A stretch of DNA of 64,000 nucleotides from an uncultured archaeon (GCA_963799775.1 CAWCYD010000002.1:192001-256000); one strand, 5' to 3'; positions 29,300 through 39,739 are shown, counted from the stretch's first letter. Notes: generated by a model not told the origin, from the sequence alone. Program-made: numbers and translations.

Positions 29300-29650
29300 A
29301 TGAGTCGGAAGTCTCCGAAAGAGAAGGGCTTCGAGGTCACGGTGCCCGCTGAGTTCCGGGAATACTATCGGTCGGTGAATGAAGGCGAGGAAATGAAGAA
29401 GTCGATTGATTCGCTGGTTGAAAGCCTGGAGAGGGCCCCGCTCAAAGCAGGCGCCTTCGTCCCGAAGGACAGGTGGCCAGAGGAATACAAGCGGATGGGG
29501 TTGGGGAACTTCTACAAGGCCAACCTCACGAAAGGCGCGAGGATCTCATACACTGTGATTCTGAATCGTGACGGGAGCGGAACAGTGAGAGTGATTGATT
29601 TCTTCCAGACCCACAAGGACTACGCTAAGAAGTTCGGGTACGACGTCTGA
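29300..29650 (+). CDS. RelE-superfamily toxin-like protein
   Basis: NFYKANLTKGARISYTV...VIDFFQTHKDYAKKFGY. Confidence 0.6.
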   Translation: MSRKSPKEKGFEVTVPAEFREYYRSVNEGEEMKKSIDSLVESLERAPLKAGAFVPKDRWPEEYKRMGLGNFYKANLTKGARISYTVILNRDGSGTVRVIDFFQTHKDYAKKFGYDV

Positions 29651-29662
29651 AGTGTTTCTCGT

Positions 29663-29962
29663 CTAGCCTCGGAGGCGCACGCCGGTCCTGATTAGCGCCT
29701 CTAGCTTGGGATTGTCGACGGCAACCCAGACTATCCTCCTCCTTCCATCGAATATGACCTTATTCGATGCCTCCAGGTACTGCAGGATGCTCTGGAACGT
29801 CTGGTACATCATCCTCCTGGGGAGGGAACGCCAGAGCTGAACCTTCGAAGGCGGGGTATTGCTCTGCTTTATGGCTGCTTCAACCATCAGAATACTATCG
29901 AGCGTAGGTGAATGCGAGGCACTATCCGATCTACGTCCCCGCACAGAGTCGCTCTTCAGCAA
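29663..29962 (-). CDS. winged-HTH protein
   Basis: PTLDSILMVEAAIK...KVQLWRSLPRRMMYQTFQSILQYLE. Confidence 0.65.
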   Translation of the reverse strand: MLKSDSVRGRRSDSASHSPTLDSILMVEAAIKQSNTPPSKVQLWRSLPRRMMYQTFQSILQYLEASNKVIFDGRRRIVWVAVDNPKLEALIRTGVRLRG

Positions 29963-30141
29963 GGCGCTCGTGTGAGTTATATAACTATATATAAATATTC
30001 TATCCTGAGCGCTGTGATGCCGTCCCTCTCTTCATCCCTAGTCTTCTCGAACGCGGCGGTTTACCGGGGATTCGCGCCCGGGGGCTGGACCGTATCGGGC
30101 CAGTACTCTCTGTTATCAACATCGGGGGCCTGGCCCTTCTT

Positions 30142-30453
30142 TCAGAGCGCTCCTATCCGCCTGAGGAACTCGCTTCCAAGCTCCGTAAGCCGGTAGAATG
30201 AGTAATCCTCGCTACCCTCGACCTTCCTGTAGTGGTTCTCCACCAGGCCAGCCTTCATCAGGGCCTTGAGGTGGTGGTTGAGGGTGCTTGGGTTCATCGG
30301 GAGGACGAGCTGCGTGAGTTCCCTGAACGAGAGTTCGCTCTTCTCGGCCAGCATCATGGTCAAAGCCTGCCTCGTGGGCTCCGCCAGCGCATCCAGCATG
30401 ACCCGGGTCTCGCTCGGGATCTTCTCCTTGTACCTCAGAATCGTCGACGGCAT
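30142..30453 (-). CDS. ArsR-family regulator
   Basis: ALAEPTRQAL...LSFREL...PSTLNHHLKALMKAGLV. Confidence 0.85.
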   Translation of the reverse strand: MPSTILRYKEKIPSETRVMLDALAEPTRQALTMMLAEKSELSFRELTQLVLPMNPSTLNHHLKALMKAGLVENHYRKVEGSEDYSFYRLTELGSEFLRRIGAL

Positions 30454-30667
30454 GCGCAGCTCCCTCGGTAAGTCCGGGCGCGTATAAACTTGACGACCAT
30501 CAATTTAGATTGACCTCTGTGTGCAGTCAAGAAACGGGGGCAACTTTTTCTTGCACCGCGCAACGCTTAGCGGCCCCTCTCAATAGCGGAGAGATTTCCA
30601 ATAACAGTGGAATTTAGGCAAATCTTAAATATGTGCGGCTCTCAATATCGCCTGCAGAGGTAGAAAG

Positions 30668-30964
30668 ATGTCAAAGTACGAGTCATCAGGACCGTTCTCT
30701 TCGATATTTGGGAGCGCGGAAGCCAGAGTCCTGGATCAGAGCCTGCTGGTCGGCAACATGGAGCAGACGATATCCATGCTCGGAGAATCGACCGGCATGA
30801 GCTTCAAGACCGTCCAGAAGGTCGTGGACAAGTTCGTCGAGAGGAAGGTCATGGAACCGACGCGCAAGATAGGGAACGCGCAGGCATACAAGTTCAAAGT
30901 GGAAAACGACTTGCACGAGCTCGTAGACTGGGCGTCGAAGTACCAGTCATCCAGGACCGACTAA
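30668..30964 (+). CDS. small winged-HTH protein
   Basis: IFGSAEARVLD...TISMLGESTGMSFKTV...TRKIGNAQAY; TATA-like CTTAAATA upstream. Confidence 0.7.
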   Translation: MSKYESSGPFSSIFGSAEARVLDQSLLVGNMEQTISMLGESTGMSFKTVQKVVDKFVERKVMEPTRKIGNAQAYKFKVENDLHELVDWASKYQSSRTD

Positions 30965-31156
30965 CCTGGAACGGGATACCAGATATTGAAATAAATAGCT
31001 CGCCACCGCCGTTCGAGTGCGGTTCGATGACAGCCCAACGGGTCACGGGACCTCCAGAGGAGGTAACGTCCGCGATTGAACGGCGAGAACCGCTAAAAAG
31101 GATCTTTAGCGCCTGATTGCGTCTCTGACCTGGGTATCACGGTCTCCCGGACTGGT

Positions 31157-31249
31157 TAATGCACAAGGGTTGTGCATTAGCCCAAAAGCCACAATGCACA
31201 GGGGTTGTGCATTATTCCAAGTGCAATAATGCTCCAGGGTGGAGCATTA
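31157..31249. repeat. three 23-bp palindromes at an exact 35-bp period
   Basis: taatgcaca-agggt-tgtgcatta; caatgcaca-ggggt-tgtgcatta; taatgctcc-agggt-ggagcatta. Confidence 0.85.
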
Positions 31250-31341
31250 GCATCGATCCGAATGTCCGGTGCTCCTAGGGCCCACGTACTCTTCGAAACT
31301 CGACACGCCAGGGGCTCCTCTGGGGTCAAGGTGGACCTGCG

Positions 31342-31447
31342 ATGTCACCCTTCGAACCAGAAATGTCACCCTTCGCCCCTTTTCGATGTCACTATTCAGC
31401 CTCAGAATCCTTCTGGATGTCCACTTTCGACCCGAATGTCCACTTTG
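31342..31447 (+). repeat. iteron-like ATGTC(C)AC repeats
   Basis: Copies start at 31342, 31363, 31386, 31417 and 31436. Confidence 0.6.
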
Positions 31448-31909
31448 CCATCGGTATGCGCGCCTTTTCGTCATGGCTCGGCCCTGACCGGCTCGCGACA
31501 CCGGGTGTGTTGGGCTCGACTGTGTCCGAGGTCATGGAAAGGGCGACAGGAACGGCCGCGCTCTGCCCGCGTTAAATATCCCTGCCTACTCCACCGCTAT
31601 TCAAAGCAACCCCCCCAAAACAAAAACAGAGGCCCGCTCCAGTAGGAGTGTGCCGTCCGAGAAGCAGGGTAGCTTCGGCTATGCCCGAGCGGTAGAGCTG
31701 CGCGATTGCTACTTCGTCCTAGAGGCAATGATTCTGAGCCGCAACCACCCCGAACATTTAGCTCACCACTCACCCTTACGTTAGGAGATCCGTAGACACG
31801 CCAATATCAAAAAGCCCCGGGAGGTTGGAGGGCGCTGCATGTGCGTCCTGGACAGGACGAAGAATGGATGCGAAGCTCCTCTTCAGGAAGCGACGGCCGG
31901 GTTCCTCCA

Positions 31910-32110
31910 ATGCAGACCTTTGACACCGCCGTCCTAATCGCCCACATGGACAGCAAAGACCCCCGATACGAAAAAGCGAACGAGTGCGTCTTCGACATCG
32001 CACCTGAAAGACCTCTTCGTCCCGTCGGCCACCCTGCTCGAGCTCATGCCCGTAGCGTCCTCTGTCCAAGCTGCCAATACATCGAGTCGAGACGCAGTAG
32101 CCCTACGTGA
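31910..32110 (+). pseudogene. PIN-domain N-terminal fragment
   Basis: MQTFDTAVLIAHMDSKDPRYEKA, then degenerates. Confidence 0.5.
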
Positions 32111-32146
32111 GCGCAGGTAGAGAGTTGCGGGTTAGTTAATTCCCTT

Positions 32147-32185
32147 CCCCTTGTGTGTTTTTTGGACCGTTTTCTAGGTCTATAC
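32147..32185 (+). repeat. 39-bp direct repeat, left copy
   Basis: ccccttgtgtgttttttggaccgttttctaggtctatac; 36/39 identical to 33598-33636. Confidence 0.85.
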
Positions 32186-32258
32186 GGCTGCCGCTTCGCT
32201 GAAACGCTCGACTTTCAGCCTGGTCGACGCGGGAAGGCGGGCTGGGCGGTGCCTCACA

Positions 32259-33482
32259 CTAGGGAGGAGAGTGACCGGTGCAGTAGAACTTCCTTTGAAC
32301 GAGTCCCTTCGAAAAGACGTGCTGGTCGCATAGTCCCTTTCCACAAACAAGGCATGCTTTGCCGTGCTTTTCGCACGCCAGGTCGCCACACTCCTCGCAA
32401 ATCCGCTCGGGCGCACGTCCGTCTTCCGGCCTGACGCTGCAACGAGAGAACCCGTCATCAAGAATCTTTCCGGTCGCCGCTTGGATCATTCTTCGGTACC
32501 GCTTGTCGCGATAAGAATAGGTCACGAACAAGAGCGGGATTTCTACGAACCTGGCGTAAAGCAAGCCCACGTCGTTCACCCGGGGTCTAACGGTCGCTTG
32601 TTGCGAGACAGTTCTTCGATTGCTTCCGTAGCCGTGCGTGGTCTCGTAAGTGTATTGACGGGAGATCCCTTTTGTCAGTTCGATTTGTGCGATTCGCCGG
32701 GCGTCGCTCTCGCTTAACTTCGGAGGCGACACGTCGACCCTGGAAAACTTGATGCCCTCAAACGCCAAGGTTTTGGGAACTGTTGTGCTCGCGATGTTAC
32801 TACAAACCGCGAGGTGACCGAAGTTAGGCAGGGCAGGGCTTGTTCCCGTTTCGCAGAACGAATCAACGACATCGCCCCGCAGCGCGTCAACCACGACCAA
32901 ACCCTTGCTCTCAAGATTCACGAGCTGGAAGTTGACCCGGTCCTGTGTAAAGCAATGGTACCCCAGAAAATAGTAGGGAGCATACGTGAGAACTGTATCC
33001 GAAGGCTGCAGGAGCCTGTGGTTCAACAGGTGCGTAGGTGCGAGGACGGCTCCGAGAGACCTTATCAGAGGGAGGGCATTAGGAATCTCCTCCGAAGAGA
33101 GCTTATCGTGAACCAGCTTGTCTTTCAAGGTCGAGGAATCCCATACCTCCAGCCCCCTCCCTTTGGCGTATTCTAGCGCTGGTATGGTGAATCCTCCTGT
33201 AGATACAAACACGCCTTTTGCATAGCCCAGAGACGATAGCTTGTCGTTGAAGTTCCTGATGTCTTCGATTCCAATAGGCGCAACATGGTTCTTGCACTCC
33301 ACAGCGATTGTGAAGGTTCCAATGGGTTCTTGCCTCCGCCCCAAGACGTCAATTTCGTGTTCGATTCCCAATTTGTCCTTGGGCCTGATTCTTGTCTGGA
33401 CTTCGTAACCCCATCCCCTGAGAAGCCCCGCCACAATATCCTCTAAGGAAGTGCCCTTTGCGACGGCCTCTACCTCGTCCAT
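32259..33482 (-). CDS. Mrr-like (PD-(D/E)xK) restriction endonuclease with C-terminal Cys-rich zinc finger
   Basis: KGTSLE..VAGLL..WGY, EIDV, AVECKN, STGGFT..A; C-terminal CEEC..CEKH..CLVC..CDQH. Confidence 0.8.
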   Translation of the reverse strand: MDEVEAVAKGTSLEDIVAGLLRGWGYEVQTRIRPKDKLGIEHEIDVLGRRQEPIGTFTIAVECKNHVAPIGIEDIRNFNDKLSSLGYAKGVFVSTGGFTIPALEYAKGRGLEVWDSSTLKDKLVHDKLSSEEIPNALPLIRSLGAVLAPTHLLNHRLLQPSDTVLTYAPYYFLGYHCFTQDRVNFQLVNLESKGLVVVDALRGDVVDSFCETGTSPALPNFGHLAVCSNIASTTVPKTLAFEGIKFSRVDVSPPKLSESDARRIAQIELTKGISRQYTYETTHGYGSNRRTVSQQATVRPRVNDVGLLYARFVEIPLLFVTYSYRDKRYRRMIQAATGKILDDGFSRCSVRPEDGRAPERICEECGDLACEKHGKACLVCGKGLCDQHVFSKGLVQRKFYCTGHSPP

Positions 33483-33597
33483 ATGGAAGACAATAAGAAA
33501 ATTACGCATTTGAGCATTATGAACGCCAACTTCTACGCAGTTTGACCACCAAAAGGGGATATTCCCTTCAATGATTTTCGCCACTTTCGATAGCCTC

Positions 33598-33636
33598 CCC
33601 CTTGTGTGTTTTTTGGACCATTTTCATGGTCTATAC
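33598..33636 (+). repeat. 39-bp direct repeat, right copy
   Basis: ccccttgtgtgttttttggaccattttcatggtctatac. Confidence 0.85.
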
Positions 33637-33693
33637 CGACATCCTGCCAGCCGCAAGAGCTGGGCAGACTCCGCCTCCCTTGGCTCGCGGCTT

Positions 33694-33849
33694 TGGCAAC
33701 GCGGCAGAGCAGGGTTGCCAAATTACGGGTCGAACGTTGCCAAAACCCGTCCTGGGGTTGCCAAAACCGAGGCAGGAGGTTGCCAAATCGCCATCCAGGG
33801 TTGCCATTTGGATCGCGGGGTTGCCAACAGCCGTCCCGAGAATGGCAAC
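33694..33849 (+). repeat. iteron-like GTTGCCA array
   Basis: Six direct copies at 33714, 33736, 33757, 33779, 33800 and 33820 (20-22 bp period); inverted copies at 33694 and 33843. Confidence 0.8.
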
Positions 33850-34054
33850 CTGCCCGACCCGCGTTAAATGCTGACCAGGCCTTTGAAGCCGTATTCCATC
33901 TTTCTCTCTTTTTGCGTACGGCACTTGAAGGTCTGGCGCGAGCGGACGCCATCGAACTGCCGGTCACGGGGCGAAGAGGTAGTCCTCTGCAACTACAGTC
34001 CGTCAGGTTTTTGACAGCTAAAATAGAAGCCCGTGTTTACTAAGAGATACTGAT

Positions 34055-34423
34055 ATGCCAGAGATGACAGAAAGCCTGCTCAAACGGAACCTCTACTCGG
34101 TGTTCAACGAGCGTGACGCAGAAAAACGCCGTGCCGCTATCGCGAATATCTGGACTGCTGACGGGGTCTTCATCGATCTTGACGGGCCTCATCACGGCCA
34201 AGCAGAATTGGATGAGACGGCCGCAAGCCTCCATGATCAGTTCCCCGGATATCTCTTTACTGTACTCGGTCCGATACAAGCGTTTCACGGCGTCGGGCGC
34301 TTTTCGTGGGCATTTGGGCCACCGAGCGAACCGATGAAGATTACGGGGATGGACGTGGGTGTCGTCACCGGAGGGCGAATGAGCGCCCTTTACACCTTCA
34401 TCGACCCTCCGAAAGACGACTGA
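34055..34423 (+). CDS. SnoaL/NTF2-like protein
   Basis: VFNERDAEKRRAAIANIWTADGVFID...GMDV. Confidence 0.75.
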   Translation: MPEMTESLLKRNLYSVFNERDAEKRRAAIANIWTADGVFIDLDGPHHGQAELDETAASLHDQFPGYLFTVLGPIQAFHGVGRFSWAFGPPSEPMKITGMDVGVVTGGRMSALYTFIDPPKDD

Positions 34424-34541
34424 AGGCTGACCACGACAAAGGCGAAATCACCCAGTTTGGGATACGCTCGCGGATCGCCCGTCAACGGGACAGGTGGGAT
34501 GCTCGCAGAAGATAAGGCGAAGGAAAGCCACAGCCACTAGC

Positions 34542-35517
34542 ATGTATGCCGCGCTAGACCTGCACGAGAAATCGATACAGTGCGTCCTCAAGGACGACGC
34601 TGGAAAGGTGATGAGGGAGTCGAAGGTGGCGAAGGACGAAGAAAAGATACTGGAATTCCTCGACGGCACAAATGCGAGCGTCGTCATGGAGTCCGGGTAC
34701 AACCATCAGCACATCCGCGACGTGCTGAAGGAGAAGGGATACGACGTGAAGGTCGCGCATCCGCTGATGGTGAAGGCCATCGCCTACGCAAAGGTGAAGA
34801 CGGACAAGGTCGACGCGAGGACGCTGGCGGACCTGCTGAGGGCGGACATGATACCCGAGTCCTACGTGCCGGACGAGAAGACCAGGGAGGTCAGGGACCT
34901 CGTCGAGGAGGAGGCATCACCTCGTCGAGACGCGCACCGGGTTCAAGAGCAAGGTGAAGGCGGAGCTCGCGAAGCGATGGGTGAAGCACGAGGGCGACGT
35001 CTTCACGCGGGAAGGGAGGAAGTTCCTGAGGTCCCTCCACATCGACGCGGTGGACGACTACATGGACACCATCGAGTTCCTGGACGGGAAGATCGGGGAG
35101 CTCGACCTGAAGGTGAAGGGGGTCGCCCTGCAGGACAAGTATGCGAAGCTCCTCGTCACGATACCCGGCGTCTCCCACTACTCGGCCCTCCTGATATCGA
35201 GCGAGATCGCAGACGTGAACAGATTCGCCGACCACGAGCACCTCTGCTCGTACGCAGGCCTCGTGCCAGGGTTGAGACAGTCGGCGGACAAGAGCCACTC
35301 GACACCCAACAGGACGAGGAGCGTGATGCTGAACTGGATAATGGTCCAGTGCACGCGCGTCCACGTGAGGTGGTGCGACTCCTCGATAACGAAATTCTAC
35401 GTGGAGCTCGCGAAGAGGAGGGGCGAGAAGGTGGCGATCGTGGCCGCAGCGAGGAAGCTCATGCGGGCCATGTACATCATGCTGAAGGAGGAACAGACCT
35501 TCAGGCTGGACGGCTGA
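34542..35517 (+). mobile_element. IS110-family transposase (frameshift near 34905)
   Basis: DEDD domain (ALDLH, VMES, KTDKVDA) and Tnp20 domain (TIPGV...SYAGLVP..RQSA). Confidence 0.9.
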
Positions 35518-36027
35518 GCAAAAAGAGCTAGAGCCCGTTAGGTTCTTGCGCCTCAGAGCGCGTGGAACAGGTTGGGCCACAGGCTACCGCGAAAGCCACA
35601 ATGCTCCAAAGAGAGCGAATGGGAGAATGCCCTCCGTCCAGCATAAATATGCAGAACACGACGACATGGGAGACCTTCAGGCTGGACGGCTGAGCAAAAA
35701 GAGCTAGAGCCCGTTAGGTTCTTGCGCCTCAGAGCGCGTGGAACAGGTTGGGCCACAGGCTACCGCGAAAGCCACAATGCTCCAAAGAGAGCGAATGGGA
35801 GAATGCCCTTCCGTCCAGCATAAATATGCAGAACACGACGACATGGGAGACCTTCAGGCTGGACGGCTGAGCAAAAAGAGCTAGAGCCCGTTAGGTTCTT
35901 GCGCCTCAGAGCGCGTGGAACAGGTTGGGCCACAGGCTACCGCGAAAGCCACAATGCTCCAAAGAGAGCGAATGGGAGAATGCCCTTCCGTCCAGCATAA
36001 ATATGCAGAACACGACGACATGGGAGA
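35495..36027 (+). repeat. three tandem 176/177-bp copies of the IS110 3' end (candidate bridge/seek RNA region)
   Basis: Units start at 35495, 35671 and 35848; each closed by the GCTGGACGG/CCGTCCAGC stem with internal hairpins. Confidence 0.85.
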
Positions 36028-36444
36028 ACCCAAACCCGAGCGCGGCAACCTTATCAGGACGGGACCAGGTCGGGAGGCCAAGGGCATGGAACCTAAGCAG
36101 GAAGAGGAGAAGAGGAAGCCGTCAAGGGCCGAACTCGAGAGGCTGGCTGTAAAGTTGAGTGAACAACTGCAGGGCAAGCTGAAGGGTCACGTGGACGGAG
36201 ACGCCGAGGAGTACCTCTTCAGGACGATGGAGAAGAAAAGGCCGGGTTCCTCATCGCAGCGACGGGCCTTGAGTTCGGCGCTGACTCGGCCATAACCACC
36301 TACAGGAAGTCCGCGAAGCTCGGCATCGTGCCGGTCTTCTGATCCCGTTGCGGATATTATTCATATCCGCCTCTCTTCTTTTTTTGGCCCGTTTTTTCTG
36401 CCTCGCTACCAGCCTAGCCACCCTCTCGGTGGGTTCTGGCTGGT

Positions 36445-36603
36445 CTACGCCTTCTCTATCACGACCCGCTTGCCTTCTATCCTGGCGACCAGCTCCTCGA
36501 GGGGCTTGAAGGGGAAGGCGCTGTCCCTGACAAGCTCCGATGGCAGGTTGATGCTGTGCCTCCCGCCTGACACATAGATCTTGACCTTTGCCTGGGCTGT
36601 CAA
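36445..36603 (-). CDS. small AbrB-like protein (52 aa, below the ORF-track cutoff)
   Basis: MTAQAKVKIYVSGGRHSINLPSELVRDSAFPFKPLEELVARIEGKRVVIEKA. Confidence 0.6.
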   Translation of the reverse strand: MTAQAKVKIYVSGGRHSINLPSELVRDSAFPFKPLEELVARIEGKRVVIEKA

Positions 36604-36720
36604 CGGGTGCCGCTCACGTATGTACGCGATATAATACTTGGGTGGCTTCGCCGGTATGTATGCCGTTATATCCCTACCTCGTCAGGAAGCTCGTTGATGG
36701 GTCGATATCGGAGATTTACT

Positions 36721-39700
36721 TTACATGGGTTCCGGACCGGCCTGACTGGAGGCATTAGCGTCTGCCTTTTCCTGATTTGCTGACCGCATCGTGTTAGCCA
36801 GAGCCTTTATTGCGGAATAAGCGCCATTCTGGAAGCGCTCGACCATATGGAGTCTCTCGGCAGGGTCCGAGATTCCTAGTATTCTCAATACTCCATCATC
36901 TAGCTCCAGCCTGAAAGAAGCAGGGGATTCGAGTTGCTCCAATAATGAGGGGACTTTGCGCTTGCTGAGTTTTTCCCAGAGAGCCTCTATTGCTTGAAAG
37001 TCCTTTTCAGTGAGTTTAGAGACATCAGGAACTGGGCACCTATCCATCGCATATTCTTCGAGATCCATGTATGTTCCTCTGGTAATGCGTGCTCTGCCAA
37101 GATAGGAGACTATGAATGGAGACGAGTTGAACCAGAGACATAGGAATTTCTCTTGTGCCGCGTTGGAAATTCCGGTGAAGTATTTTCCTTTGATCACTAC
37201 GAACGCAGGTTGTTCGTGTCTAACACAAATGAATGCCGTCCCCTTTGCAGCCCAGTCCACTCGCCACATCATTAGCAATCTTGAAGAGCCTCTAGTGACC
37301 ATTTGACTCCATCCCTTCCGGAGTCTTCTCAGAATTTGGTCGGCTTCGTGTGGGGGGTAGTAGGTTTGGATTAGTCTTTCTATTAGGGGTGTTATTTCGG
37401 CAACGCAGAAATCTGATTCGTCAGAGACGTCGAGAGATTTCAGGTAGGAAAAACGCCTAATCGCTGGGACCATGATTGACGTGGGTATCTCGTAAACGGA
37501 ACTTGTGACTCGGTCTTGGGCCACAACTTTGTCTGCGGTCGTCCTGCTAGCAAATAATCTGTCAGTTTCTTGCTTTATGGATCGCTGCCTTGTGCGAGAT
37601 ACGATGACAGCTTTGGGCCCATAACTTGAAAAGTTCCTTCCACTGAATACACATTCAGTTGCTTCGATTCCAGCAGTGGTAGTCAGCTGACCAAATTGGA
37701 TTAAGGGGATGGTCGACTTGTCGATGAGTTTTTGGAGCTGTGCGTTTGCCAAATCGTATTCTTCGAGGAGGCTGAGATAAAGTCCCGATAGGGTTCGGGA
37801 TTCCGGCAGCAATTCCTGTTGGGGAACGACGCGGCGAATTGAAAAATGGTCTTGACCTTCCTTGGATAGCTTGAGCTGGTCCACCAACTTGCTGAGGTCC
37901 CTGCTCTGTCCACTCATCGGGTGGTTTCCGCGTTCCGATTATCATGAAATCTCTGTCAGGAGCAGGTTTCTGTTTGCTGGCGACCAATAGACACTCCGTC
38001 AGACTCGTGTCTTCGCTATATGCGGCTCTTCCAAGGCTGAGGAAAATAGCTTGGACGGAGTAATGGGTTAGGAAATACCGCACGAATGGGTGAAATGATT
38101 TGGCAGTGAACGTGGTAAGAGGAAGTACCGCCCCCACTCGTCCTTTGGGATTGAGGAAGATGTCAGCGAGGAAAAGAAAGAACAGTTGTTGGCTTGGCTT
38201 GAAGAAGATTAACGGTTTGTATTTAGCGATGCGGGAGAAGCTCTGAGCGAGACCGTCTCTATATCGCGGATCCATGTTATCCCAAGAAGTAAAGGGCGGG
38301 TTCATTATCAGGACGTCTACATGGTTCACGGCGAATCCTTTCGCTTCAGAACGGCGCATCCTTACTGTTCTCGTTCTCGCCGGAATCTCAAGATTATCGA
38401 AATCTGATTCCAGGGTAGTTTGGTGAAATTCGGATGGCAAGGCCTCGCCAGTTGTTGGGACGATAGAGCCTGGGCGAAGCAATGTGGAATCGGTGGTGCC
38501 TATCCGAACGTGGTCAGTCTCCTTCAGTGGTTGCTGAATGGCCAAGTTGACCGCAGCCAAATGACCTGAAAACGCCATCGCATCTATTCCGGTGATTTGT
38601 TCCTCTACGAACTTCCTGTGGAGGTCGAATTGGTCACCTTTGGCCAAGGCTAGTTTGCGCTTGTAGGACGCCACCAGGAGCGTCCCACTACCGCAAGCTG
38701 GGTCCATGATGGAATCGTCGGCAGTTTCGACGACGCAGGCAGCGAGCAATGCTGCGGGATTGGGATTGGTGTAGTGGGCTCCTAGTGGCTTGCGGATATC
38801 GAGGGGAATTAGACTCTGAAAGACTTGGCCGGCCAAGTCGATTGATCTTAGCTTTGGGGAGAGGGACATGATGGCTGTAGCGACATCCCTACAAGCAAGT
38901 TTAGACTTCTGGCCTTTGAATAACTGTGAGACTTTTATCCCATAAACGGGTTCATAGTCTTGTTCCCTGACTCGGTCGAAGTATACCTGAAGCTTCTCGG
39001 GAGAGCCCGCATCTTCGAGGGTGATGCTCTTGTATTTTCCATCGCCCTTCCTTTCAGATTCCCGCGATAGCAATGAATAGAATAAGACCTGGTTGACGAA
39101 AAGGAAAGCTGCGCCTAGCCTGAGAATTCGAGGTCTTTGCTCCTTTGGAATTTGGGCAGCCAATACAGAACGGAAGAAATGATGTCCGCCGAATTCCTTT
39201 TCGAGCTCTTGATGAGGAACGCCCCTCAATGTGTCGCCGAGGTTGAGCGCGGCGGCTCTGAGTAGTCTCCGGGCTTCAACTTGGGTCGGCTCCGCTCTCT
39301 TCTGGACTTCGGCAAATTCACCACGAAGGGCTTTGGATATTTCTTCAACAAGTTCTTCGAATGACGTTAAGATTCTTGGAATCTCATCATGAAGTGTTGT
39401 GCGAGCGAGGATGTGAAGTATGAAATTGTGCTCATGTTTTGCGGGATAAACGACCGCGAATACCTCGCCCAGCTCTTTTCCGGTGAGTTCCTCGGTGAGA
39501 GGGATTTGCTGAGAATACTCCTGCGCAGTGACCAAGGCGTCGATTTCGTGGTTCATGCCAAGCTTGGCGCTCAAAATATGAATCAGCCCATTGTAGACGG
39601 CGATGTCCGGCTTCTTGATTCGATGTTCGCCACCTAGCGAGAGATGAAAGACCGGGCTGGGGCCTTCGGCATTGAAACCCTTGTCGCGCAATGCAGCCGC

Positions 39701-39739
39701 GAGGCGCCCGGTCCAGGGGTCTTCGGTTCGACTTGACAT
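36721..39739 (-). CDS. type IIG-like restriction-modification enzyme / N6-adenine methyltransferase (frameshift near 37900)
   Basis: N-terminal KPD..SAK nuclease-like motif, GAHYT, DPACGSG motif I, NPPF motif IV; C-terminal TRD-like part in ORF 36721..37917. Confidence 0.8.

Noticed and set aside
31157-31249. Palindrome triplet as a mini-CRISPR
   Set aside because: Spacers are only 12 nt and no cas gene or leader is evident.
35530-35645. AGCCCGT and CCGTCCAG in the IS110 3' unit matching the Gln-type att core (possible guide to att sites)
   Set aside because: The matches are 7-8 nt, both lie largely in predicted stems, and the IS is not inserted in an att site.
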